NCBI GenBank assembly: GCA_013572355.1
Contig: QBUV01000091.1
Span: 950-64,949 of the forward strand
Source of the DNA: Candidatus Methanogaster sp.
GTDB taxonomy: Archaea; Halobacteriota; Methanosarcinia; Methanosarcinales; Methanogasteraceae
DNA: 64,000 nt
Direction: 5' to 3'
A program made the position numbers and the translations under genes. The notes beneath the pieces are model-generated. The model saw only the letters and a program-made list of their open reading frames with translations, did no database searches and was not told the origin of the DNA. Of this stretch, positions 38,169 to 46,325 are shown piece after piece. How positions within the stretch are numbered: position 1 is the stretch's first letter; the number at the start of each line of letters is the position of its first letter.

Positions 38169-39293
38169 ATGAAAGCCTGTATTATGTGCGGTGGACTGGG
38201 CACGAGACTCCGTCCACTGACCCTTGAGCGACCAAAGCCGCTGATACCGCTTCTGAACAAACCCTCGATCATGCACTTGATCGAGCACCTGAAGATCCAG
38301 GGGTTCACAGATGCCGTGCTGACACTCGGTTATCTCGGCGAGATGATCGAAGAAGAGGCGCGGAAGACCGGGGGCATCGATATCGATTGCGTGTACGAAC
38401 GAACCGCGCTCGGGACTGCAGGAGGGGTCAAGAACGCCAGATCGCACCTCGAAGATGACACGTTCATGGTCGTTGGCGGCGATCACGTCCTTGACCTGCA
38501 GCTTCGTGAGATGTGCCGGTTCCACGAGACAAACGACGCCATAGTCACAATCGGGCTGGTCTGCATCGACAATCCTTTCGAGTACGGGGTATGCGACATG
38601 GATTCGGATGGCGTGATCCACAGGTTCCTTGAAAAGCCAGAACCCGGTGAGGCATTCAGCAATCTCGTAAATACCGGGATCTATGTCTGCGATCCCGAGA
38701 TTCTGGACTGGATCCCGGGCGGAGAGATGTATGACTTTGCAAAGGACGTCTTTCCTGCCCTGCTCGACGCTGGAAAGGAGATCGATGGCTTTCTAGTGCA
38801 GGGCAGATGGACCGACATCGGCAATCACGAGATGTACCGGAACGCATGTAAATGGAAACTCGATCAGATATCTGGCAGCGCAAGAACCCCCACACCACGG
38901 ATCAGGGATCCAGTGATGATCGGGGGAGGTTCTGATATCGCGGAATCGTCCATGATCGTTGGTCCGGTTGTGATCGGCGAAGATACAACGATTGGGGCTC
39001 GGGTGCTGATCGGTCCGTACACAACGATCGGATCGAACTGCACGATTGAGGATGATGCGCACATCTTAACCTCGCATATCTATGACAACGTCCGGATCGG
39101 CAAGGGATCGCTTATCTTCAGTTCTATCATCGACAATGATTGTCACGTGCACGAGAATTGTTCGCTCGAGACCGGGACTGTGCTCGGTTCGAGGGCGGTT
39201 GTTTCAGAGGGTGCAATCCTCTCGGGTGTTCGGATATGGTCAGATAATGTCGTAGAGCGAGGGGGGCACCTGCGGAGTGATGTGGTCGACTGA
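38169..39293 (+). CDS. Sugar-1-phosphate nucleotidyltransferase with C-terminal left-handed beta-helix domain
   Basis: MKACIMCGGLGTRLRPLTLERPKPLIP (GGxGTRL motif). C-terminal hexapeptide repeats (IGEDTTIGARVLIGPYTTIGSNCTI...). Confidence 0.85.
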   Translation: MKACIMCGGLGTRLRPLTLERPKPLIPLLNKPSIMHLIEHLKIQGFTDAVLTLGYLGEMIEEEARKTGGIDIDCVYERTALGTAGGVKNARSHLEDDTFMVVGGDHVLDLQLREMCRFHETNDAIVTIGLVCIDNPFEYGVCDMDSDGVIHRFLEKPEPGEAFSNLVNTGIYVCDPEILDWIPGGEMYDFAKDVFPALLDAGKEIDGFLVQGRWTDIGNHEMYRNACKWKLDQISGSARTPTPRIRDPVMIGGGSDIAESSMIVGPVVIGEDTTIGARVLIGPYTTIGSNCTIEDDAHILTSHIYDNVRIGKGSLIFSSIIDNDCHVHENCSLETGTVLGSRAVVSEGAILSGVRIWSDNVVERGGHLRSDVVD

Positions 39294-39350
39294 GGCACCA
39301 GCACCATGGTGCCTGCGATGCTCTAAATCCGCTAAACTGCGCTTTTTTTT
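39294..39350 (+). terminator. Palindrome plus T8 run after the nucleotidyltransferase gene
   Basis: GGCACCA-gcacca-TGGTGCC immediately after the stop, then TTTTTTTT at 39343..39350. Confidence 0.4.
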
Positions 39351-39457
39351 ATTGGCAGACCAAAGATCGATACTGCCCCTTTTCAGCAACACCACAAGCC
39401 GAAACCACTTCTCCCACGAAAAGAGATAAGATGCATCCGGTCGAATCTGAACCTTAA

Positions 39458-40498
39458 GTGAAGAACGAAAAAGAGATCATCGAAGCCGCGCTCTTTGCTT
39501 CAGGCGGTGCAGTTGATATAACCCGGTTAAGCGACCTGATCGACAAACCAGTGGACGAAACATCCCTGATCGCAGACGGATTGGTCGAAGAGTACCGGGA
39601 ACGGGAATCCGGAATCGAGATCATAAAATCGAGAAATGCAGAGTACCTGATGCAGGTCATGCCCGAATACGTCGAATACGTGCGGTCGTTCGCCCCAAAA
39701 GAACTTCCTGCGCCTGTGCTCCGCACATTATCGGTGATCGCATACCACCAGCCAGTAACGCAGTCGGATCTCGTGAGGATTCGTGGAAACTCGGCTTATT
39801 CGCATGTGCATGACTTGCTCGGGATGGAACTGATCGGGTCCGTTCCAACAGGGCATACAAAACTCCTTACGACGACGCACAGATTTGCGGAGTACTTCGG
39901 TCTGGATTCGAGTGACCCGGAAGCTATTCGGAATGCGCTTAAGTCGAGGATGGAGTCGCGGATCGGAGTTACCCCGATGTACGGATCGCTTCTGCGGCGG
40001 TGCGGGATTCCACATGTTGTAGTCGGTGCATACAACCCGTCTGCCGAGGATCTCGATTTGTTTGGCGATATTCAGGTGCTTGTTATCTCAAAAGGGTATA
40101 CAGACAAGGTACGCGGGAATTTTTCAGGAGAGATCATTGAGATCGCATCTGCCACCTTCGATGACCTGCTTGAGTCGGTAAAAGCGATCGGCAGGTATGG
40201 CAGGAAGAACGATGTTTCGAAGGTCGTCCTGGAACTGGAAGAATTGAAAGAGGGATATCGTGAAAAATCACGGAAACTGGATGCGGAACTGAATATCAAG
40301 GTAAAGCCAGCATCGGAAATGGCAGCCCGCATCCTAAACGATCTCGGATTTACGATATCACAGACCGGGGTGCTGGTTGCGCCGGATTATCTCGGTACCG
40401 GGGATATTACGTTTCCCACGCACAGCAATGCGTCTGCTGACGTGATCGAGCGGATAGCTGCCAGATACGATGCTATACTCGAAGGGCTGCGCGGGTGA
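39458..40498 (+). CDS. scpB: Segregation and condensation protein B homolog with a long C-terminal extension
   Basis: IIEAALFASGGAVDITRLSDL...LRTLSVIAYHQPVTQSDLVRIRG (two wHTH ScpB repeats) in the first about 175 aa. About 170 further residues have no motif I recognise. GTG start. Confidence 0.75.
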   Translation: MKNEKEIIEAALFASGGAVDITRLSDLIDKPVDETSLIADGLVEEYRERESGIEIIKSRNAEYLMQVMPEYVEYVRSFAPKELPAPVLRTLSVIAYHQPVTQSDLVRIRGNSAYSHVHDLLGMELIGSVPTGHTKLLTTTHRFAEYFGLDSSDPEAIRNALKSRMESRIGVTPMYGSLLRRCGIPHVVVGAYNPSAEDLDLFGDIQVLVISKGYTDKVRGNFSGEIIEIASATFDDLLESVKAIGRYGRKNDVSKVVLELEELKEGYREKSRKLDAELNIKVKPASEMAARILNDLGFTISQTGVLVAPDYLGTGDITFPTHSNASADVIERIAARYDAILEGLRG

Positions 40499-40514
40499 TT
40501 CCGTGAATTGTTTG

Positions 40515-40934
40515 TCACTCGATTGTCGCATCTATCGTGACAACAGTCTTCATCGAATTTAAGACGAGAGCGCCTTTTTCGACCTGCGCAACTATCTCTT
40601 TCACGGTTCCCTTGTCACCATCCGTCTTTATTCTCGGCTTCACAACGATCGTCGTGAACATCATCCCCCTCTCTACCTTTTCAAGCGTCCCTTCTGCGCT
40701 GGACTCGTAGGAGAGGATGTTGATGCCGGCTTTCTTTGTCTTTGCGATGAACGTGGTCAGAGCGCACGCATTCGCAGATGCGACAAAGAGTTCTTCAGGG
40801 CTTACAAAGCCTTCCGGACCATGGAATTCCGGTGGCGTGGCAAACTCAAAACTTGCCTTGTCGCCGAAAGATACGGTCGCCTGATATCCGCTGTTCCATT
40901 TCAGGGTGTTTGAGAAGATGAATTTTGTCTCCAT
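40515..40934 (-). CDS. OsmC/Ohr-family peroxiredoxin-like protein
   Basis: METKFIFSNTLKWNSGYQ...SPEELFVASANACALTTF... 139 aa from the internal ATG 40934. The listed 206-aa ORF extends over a repeat element. Confidence 0.8.
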   Translation of the reverse strand: METKFIFSNTLKWNSGYQATVSFGDKASFEFATPPEFHGPEGFVSPEELFVASANACALTTFIAKTKKAGINILSYESSAEGTLEKVERGMMFTTIVVKPRIKTDGDKGTVKEIVAQVEKGALVLNSMKTVVTIDATIE

Positions 40935-41021
40935 CGGTACCAATCTCCTTACGATTGGATGATCGTGCAGATCGCTTAAAAATCTTTGCTGCGGAGGGGA
41001 CACTGTCTGAAAAATCAAGTG

Positions 41022-41138
41022 ATTTATCACCGCGGTCTGCGAAGCAAAGCCGTTGGCAGTACGCGGAGGACGCAGAGTTTCGAGACTGCGTAAGTCCTCT
41101 GCGTGGCTCTGCGCCCTCTGCGGTAAATATGCCAAACC
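41022..41138 (+). repeat. Heptad-hairpin element, locus C (CGCAGAG/CTCTGCG arms)
   Basis: ..CGCGGAG-ga-CGCAGAG-tttcgaga-CTGCGtaagtc-CTCTGCG-tgg-CTCTGCG-cc-CTCTGCGGTAAATATGCCAAACC. The right arm has the same 3-nt/2-nt heptad spacing as locus A. Confidence 0.7.
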
Positions 41139-41560
41139 GCATCTGTTTATTTAAACCCCGAGCTCACTTAAACACCAGACTAACAACACCAGACTAACTT
41201 GACAACCTCTGTGCCTGATTAATTTTTTATAGGGGGCGGGCGGATAGGGTTATACATAAGAGAGTTGAGCAGAGTTTCGGACACGATCCTTGCAAATCGA
41301 ACGTAACAACAGACTGGCGACCGTTTTCTTACTGGTTTACGAACACTTACGTACATTGGTATGCCGGGTATGCACGGCTGGCAGGAACGTGGAAAACGCG
41401 GGCTCAGACATCTCTTTGGCCAGGTGATCCGGATGAAAATGGAAATATTGCCGATCGGGACTTGCGCTTTAGTTCATGCGCTGATAAGGACGACTGCAAC
41501 ATGGTATGTGGACAACGACCGCGGAGCTGACTATGCGAGAGGATCGCGAGAGGTGGTATC

Positions 41561-42685
41561 ATGACTGGTAGCAGAATGACAGTATTAATGCTCATAGCTG
41601 CTGCGATGTTTGTGACGAACGCGGGTGCGATATCGGTTGCAGAGGATGTGACATTTATCGGAAGTTACGACACCGGAATTGCAAGTTACGTTGCTGTGTC
41701 AGGTAACTATGCGTACGTAATCGATGAGACTAATGGTCTTGTGATTGTGGATGTCAGCGACAAGGAGGCACCAGTGGTTGCAGGAAGTTACGACGCGGTA
41801 GAAGATGCATGTTCTGTTGCGATATCGGGTAACTATGCGTACGTAACTGATAAGTACGACGGTCTTGTGGTTCTGGATGTCAGCGACAAGGAGAAACCAG
41901 TACGCACAGGGAATTACGATGTCAGGGGATATGCACGTGCTGTTGTCGTGTCAGGAGATTATGCGTACGTAGCAGATCGTAGTAATGGTCTTGTGATTGT
42001 GGATATCAGCGACAAGGAGGAACCAGTGTGTGTAGGACGTTACAGAGTCGCAAGAGATACGTATGGTGTTGCTGTATCAGAGGACTATGCGTACGTAGTC
42101 GATTATAACAACGGGCTTGTGATTGTGAATGTCAGCAACAAGGAACAACCCGTGCTTGCAGGAAGTTATAACCTGGAAGGGTGGTCTGTGGGTGTTGCTG
42201 TGTCAGGTGACTATGCGTACGTAGCCAGCGGATCGGAGGGTCTTGCAATCGTGGATGTCAGCGACGCGGGCGCGCCAGAGCTTGCAGGAACTTACGACGC
42301 CACACCCCATGTGGAGACTGTCATCGTGTCGGGCGACTATGCGTATGTGACCGATACGGATAATGGTCTTGCAATCGTGGATGTCAGCGACGCTGAAGCA
42401 CCAGAGCTTGCAGGAAGTTATGACACCGACGGGGATGCTCATGCCGTTGCCGTGTCAGGCGACTATGCATACGTAGCTGATGGTGGTAAAGGTCTCGTTA
42501 TCCTGCAGGTAGGCGCCACTGCCACGCCTACCCGCGTCGCTGCGACCGTGTCACCAACGACGCAAACAGCGGAAACGACGCAAACTCCTGCGAAGAGTCC
42601 GAAAAGTGAAGGACCTGGATTCGGGGGCGTGTTCGCAGTCGCGGGTCTGCTTGCAATTGCATACCTGATGCGGCGGCAGGGATAA
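41561..42685 (+). CDS. LVIVD-repeat beta-propeller surface protein with PGF-CTERM anchor
   Basis: Signal peptide. Seven about 42-aa repeats (SGNYAYV.D..NGLVIVDVSDKE.PV.AGSYD). Thr-rich linker. C-terminus PGFGGVFAVAGLLAIAYLMRRQG. Confidence 0.85.
   Translation: MTGSRMTVLMLIAAAMFVTNAGAISVAEDVTFIGSYDTGIASYVAVSGNYAYVIDETNGLVIVDVSDKEAPVVAGSYDAVEDACSVAISGNYAYVTDKYDGLVVLDVSDKEKPVRTGNYDVRGYARAVVVSGDYAYVADRSNGLVIVDISDKEEPVCVGRYRVARDTYGVAVSEDYAYVVDYNNGLVIVNVSNKEQPVLAGSYNLEGWSVGVAVSGDYAYVASGSEGLAIVDVSDAGAPELAGTYDATPHVETVIVSGDYAYVTDTDNGLAIVDVSDAEAPELAGSYDTDGDAHAVAVSGDYAYVADGGKGLVILQVGATATPTRVAATVSPTTQTAETTQTPAKSPKSEGPGFGGVFAVAGLLAIAYLMRRQG
41693..42510 (+). repeat. Seven tandem about 126-nt coding repeats (LVIVD blades)
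   Basis: Recurrent DNA blocks such as gactatgcgtacgta...ggtcttg(t/c)(g/a)at(t/c)gtggatgtcagcgac. In frame within the CDS. Confidence 0.8.
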
Positions 42686-42776
42686 GAGTAGGGAATATGA
42701 CTGACAGGGGATGACCGCACCCCCCTCATTTTTCTGTCCAGACAGACAGGCGCACCCCCCAAATCCCTGGGCACGG

Positions 42777-43958
42777 TCACGAACACATCTCGATTAAGAG
42801 TTCCTCTCCGCTCATCGTGCCCCTTGCGATGAGCATGTCGCCTGCGCAGAGCACTGTTTTTGCGCCGGGGCTGTAAATCCATCGATCCCCCCGCTTGACT
42901 GCCATGATGTGCACACCGGTCTCGGTCTCGAGCTTGAGTTCGCCAAGCGACTTCCTGGCAACCTCAGAACCCGGTGCGATCTGTAGCTTGGTGACCACCT
43001 CGTCAGACTCGCGCACGGCAATCGCCATGATCGGATGCGGCTCGATCTCCCGAAGCACCACGTCTGCGATGTCGTAAGCCGCATCAGAGATCGCTTCTGA
43101 GGCATTGGCGAGATGCAGGAGCCCCCTGAGTTTATCCACGTCCTCGATATTTTTTGCCGATTCGAGCACCCAGTGCTGGAGTTCGTACTTCATGCCGTCC
43201 ATCTTATCCTCGATGTAGCGCACCTCCTCTGCGATCTCTTTATTATAAAAAAGCATTGCAGAATATGCAAGCCCGACCGCAAGTTCGGACATGTTCTTCA
43301 TCTCCACGATCAGGTCAACCGCGCGGTCGAGATCACCAAGTACGCGTTCCGGCTCGACTCTGGCTCGCGCGTAACGCTTGCGGGTTGCGCACTCCATGAA
43401 GAGCGGCACACCCTCATCATGCCCGCGTGCAAAGACGACATCGCCGGCCTTCACAAGCGTGCTATGATCAGGATCATATATCCAGTTTCTTTCCCGCCTG
43501 ATCGCAATCAGCCACATGCCGGTCTCGGTATCGAGTTCGATCTCCCCGAGTGTCCGTCCTGCCATCGGCGACTCCGGACTGACCGTTGCGCTTGCAATTG
43601 TCTCCTCTGCGCCACGCAGATCCGGTTTCAGTTCAACAGGTATCCCGAGATCGAGGAGTGTGATCTTTGCGATATCACCTGCTGCATTCGAGATGTTCTC
43701 GGCTGCTGCGCCAGCCTGCAGCACGCCTGCAAGGGCTTCTGCCTCCTCAATCCTTCGAGCGCTTAACATCGCTGATATCATCATGTAATAGCCAAGGGTA
43801 TCCATCTTCTCTTCGAGGCGGATAACCTCTGTTGCAATCTCCTTGTCGTCATAGATCACGGCAGAGTATGCAAGGTCCATCATCAACTCGGATGTGTCCT
43901 TCATATCGATCAACAGGTCTTTCATGCTTCTTGTGCAGTGTTTGAGTTCTTGTGTCAT
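42777..43958 (-). CDS. Cytoplasmic regulator-like protein with duplicated [PhoU-like helical + TrkA-C/RCK-C] modules
   Basis: Two copies of MKDTSELMMDLAYSAVIYDDKEIATEV / MKNMSELAVGLAYSAMLFYNKEIAEEV, each followed by a TrkA-C-like segment (..GRTLGEIELDTETGMWLIAIRR.. / ..RKSLGELKLETETGVHIMAVKR..). Start taken at MTQELK. Confidence 0.7.
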   Translation of the reverse strand: MTQELKHCTRSMKDLLIDMKDTSELMMDLAYSAVIYDDKEIATEVIRLEEKMDTLGYYMMISAMLSARRIEEAEALAGVLQAGAAAENISNAAGDIAKITLLDLGIPVELKPDLRGAEETIASATVSPESPMAGRTLGEIELDTETGMWLIAIRRERNWIYDPDHSTLVKAGDVVFARGHDEGVPLFMECATRKRYARARVEPERVLGDLDRAVDLIVEMKNMSELAVGLAYSAMLFYNKEIAEEVRYIEDKMDGMKYELQHWVLESAKNIEDVDKLRGLLHLANASEAISDAAYDIADVVLREIEPHPIMAIAVRESDEVVTKLQIAPGSEVARKSLGELKLETETGVHIMAVKRGDRWIYSPGAKTVLCAGDMLIARGTMSGEELLIEMCS

Positions 43959-44264
43959 GTTTCTTAGAATATCCTTCAGGTAGCAACTATGCGGACGGCT
44001 AATGGTTTCGTTGTTATGGGCATGTTGAAAACCTGCCACTCACCATTTCCATAATCAGATGCAGTCCCGGATATCGCAGCCCCGTGCGGTATATCCGTCT
44101 CTTCTCCGGTTGCGTCGTCCATGATGCTATTTCAGATTCCAGTACTGTACGGATACCTAATCTACTCATGCGGTATTAAATCCACCGAGGCCGATGGTGG
44201 CGCACAATCGTGGAGAAGGCGAGTCGGGACGGGGGCTTTTTATTATCTTCTGGAATGAGTTCAG

Positions 44265-44354
44265 AAAACCACAGAGAGCACAGAGGACACCGAGAAAAAA
44301 GCAACTCTCTGTGCACTTCCGCGCCCTCTGTGGTTAATCTTCTTTGCCATAACC
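44265..44354 (+). repeat. Heptad-hairpin element, locus B (CACAGAG/CTCTGTG arms)
   Basis: AAAACCACAGAG-ag-CACAGAG-ga-CACCGAG-aaaaaagcaa-CTCTCTGTG-cacttccgcgcc-CTCTGTGGTTAATCTTCTTTGCCATAACC. End sequences are nearly identical to locus A. Confidence 0.8.
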
Positions 44355-44453
44355 CATTCCACCCAGAAGAAATTGAAAAGCCACGGGATAGGCGCCATAA
44401 CTCCTTATATCGTTGCCGCCCAATACCAAAGACAAAAGGGTAACGGGCGAATC

Positions 44454-46283
44454 ATGGATCCGATCCACATCTTTGCAGTCTTTGCGATAGTCCTTGCGGT
44501 GGGCATCATCGCACAGATGGTCAGCAGACTCACACGGATGCCGAGCATCGTATTCTTGCTTGCGGCAGGGATACTGCTCGGACCGGAATGCGCGGGATTG
44601 ATCGATCCGTGGCTGTATGGCGATGGCTTGAACTTGATCATCACATTTGCCGTGGTGATCATCGTATTCGACGGCGGCATCAACGTCGATCTCAGGCACA
44701 TCCGCAGGGTCTCAGGAAGCGTCCTTGCGCTGATCAGCATCGGCGTACTGATCACCATGATCGGCGGCGCTGTTGCAGCTCATGAACTGGCAGGGCTTGA
44801 CTGGGAGTTCGCGCTCCTCTTCGGCGCGCTGGTGGCGGCGACAGGTCCAACCGTCATTGTACCGTTGATGAAGGCGGTACGGGCGAACAATAGGGTGCGA
44901 AGCATTCTGGAGGTCGAGGGCATATTTAACGATGCAGTCAGTATAATTCTTGCTGCCCTTATTTTTGAATGGATCGTGACACCATACCCGCACCCGGGAT
45001 ACGGGATTGCCATGTTTCTCATGAGGATCGCGACCGGTGGGGCAGTCGGGCTGGCTGGCGGGCTATTGTGCGTGTTTGCACTACCCCGGATCCATGCCAT
45101 CACCAGTGAACTGTCGAACATTACCACCATCTCCACGGTCCTGATCACATACACGGTTGCAGAACTGATCTTAAACGAGACCGGAATCTTTGCGGTGGCG
45201 GTTGCCGCAATATGCGTAGGCGCGTCAGATATACCGAACAAAAAGGAGATTCAAGAATTCAAAAGCGATTTATCGATCATTCTGCTATCGATAATCTTTG
45301 TTCTTCTTGCTGCAATGCTAAGATTTGACAGCATCCGGTCCATCGGGCTAAATGGTGTACTTGTTGCTGCCGCCCTGATCTTTATCGTGAGGCCGGTTGC
45401 GGTCTTTGCATCGACAGCGTATTCGCAACTGCGGTGGAGGGAGCGGTTGTTCATATCCGCGATAGGACCTCGTGGAGTTGTGCCTGCATCGATGGCGACA
45501 TACTTCGCAATCGAACTTGCTGATACAGAAGCGGGCAATACCATCATGGGTCTTGTATTTATATGCATTATCATCACAGTAACATTGACTGGCATATCTG
45601 CAAGGCCCGTTGCAAGAGCACTTGGGGTGATACCAATGGAGATACTAATTGTCGGAGGCGGCGGTGTCGGATGCACGCTCGCACACCGCCTGATCCGGAG
45701 AGGCGAGAACGTGGTCGTGGTCGATATAGATCCCGAAAACTGCCGGCGCGTGGAGGAACTCGGGGTGCCTGCGGTAGAGGGGGATGCCGGGGACGTGGCA
45801 GTCCTTACGAAGGCAGGCATCAAAAACGCCAGATATCTTGTCGCGACCACCGATCAGGATGGCGTGAACCTGCTCGTCTGTCAAGTCGCAAAGAACAAGT
45901 TCAGGTTCGGGGAGAACAAACTCGTCGCGCGGGTCAATGACCCGAAGAACCTGTCCACATTCCGCGATCTCGGCATCAGGTCGATGAGCCCGATCACGTC
46001 GGCAGCCTCGATCCTGGATAATCTGATCACGCACCCGAGTCTCTTCTCGATGTACGAACTCGGCGAACGGGGCGATATCATCGAGATACCGGTAGCCAAT
46101 CAGGAGATGATCGGAATGCCGGTAAGGGATCTCCAGCTTCCTACTGACGTCCTGATCGTGCTGGTTCGGAGGGGCGATGCAACGTTGATCCCGCACGGCG
46201 ATCTGGTCATCGAAAGCGGCGATCGGGTCACGTTCATGGGCTCGAGGGATGCTGTTAGAAAGGCGGTCGATATGTTCTGGTAG
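44454..46283 (+). CDS. CPA1-family Na+(K+)/H+ antiporter (NhaP-type) fused to C-terminal RCK (TrkA-N + TrkA-C) domains
   Basis: About 400-aa polytopic exchanger domain (start MDPIHIFAVFAIVLAVGIIAQ), then ILIVGGGGVGCTLAHRL (Rossmann GxGxxG) and a TrkA-C-like end (GDIIEIPVANQEMIGMPVRDL...GDRVTFMG). Confidence 0.85.
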   Translation: MDPIHIFAVFAIVLAVGIIAQMVSRLTRMPSIVFLLAAGILLGPECAGLIDPWLYGDGLNLIITFAVVIIVFDGGINVDLRHIRRVSGSVLALISIGVLITMIGGAVAAHELAGLDWEFALLFGALVAATGPTVIVPLMKAVRANNRVRSILEVEGIFNDAVSIILAALIFEWIVTPYPHPGYGIAMFLMRIATGGAVGLAGGLLCVFALPRIHAITSELSNITTISTVLITYTVAELILNETGIFAVAVAAICVGASDIPNKKEIQEFKSDLSIILLSIIFVLLAAMLRFDSIRSIGLNGVLVAAALIFIVRPVAVFASTAYSQLRWRERLFISAIGPRGVVPASMATYFAIELADTEAGNTIMGLVFICIIITVTLTGISARPVARALGVIPMEILIVGGGGVGCTLAHRLIRRGENVVVVDIDPENCRRVEELGVPAVEGDAGDVAVLTKAGIKNARYLVATTDQDGVNLLVCQVAKNKFRFGENKLVARVNDPKNLSTFRDLGIRSMSPITSAASILDNLITHPSLFSMYELGERGDIIEIPVANQEMIGMPVRDLQLPTDVLIVLVRRGDATLIPHGDLVIESGDRVTFMGSRDAVRKAVDMFW

Positions 46284-46325
46284 GGGCGTAGTAGGGATGT
46301 GACGCGCCCGATCATCGATCCTGCG

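Noticed and set aside
40935-41135. 67-codon N-terminal extension of the OsmC ORF (MAYLPQRAQSHAEDLRSLETLRPPRT...).
   Set aside because: The extension is the translation of heptad-hairpin C. The conserved OsmC sequence starts at the internal Met (METKFIF, ATG 40934).
41693-42510. Regular about 126-nt periodic repeats that could superficially resemble a CRISPR-like array.
   Set aside because: The repeats are in frame inside a CDS (LVIVD blades). There are no short invariant repeats separated by unique spacers, and no cas genes are in the window.
44210-44443. 77-aa ORF translating as ..SENHREHRGHREKSNSLCTSAPSVVNL..
   Set aside because: It is the read-through of heptad-hairpin B (CACAGAG repeats give HRE/HRG). 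It is low-complexity and has no start context or family signal.
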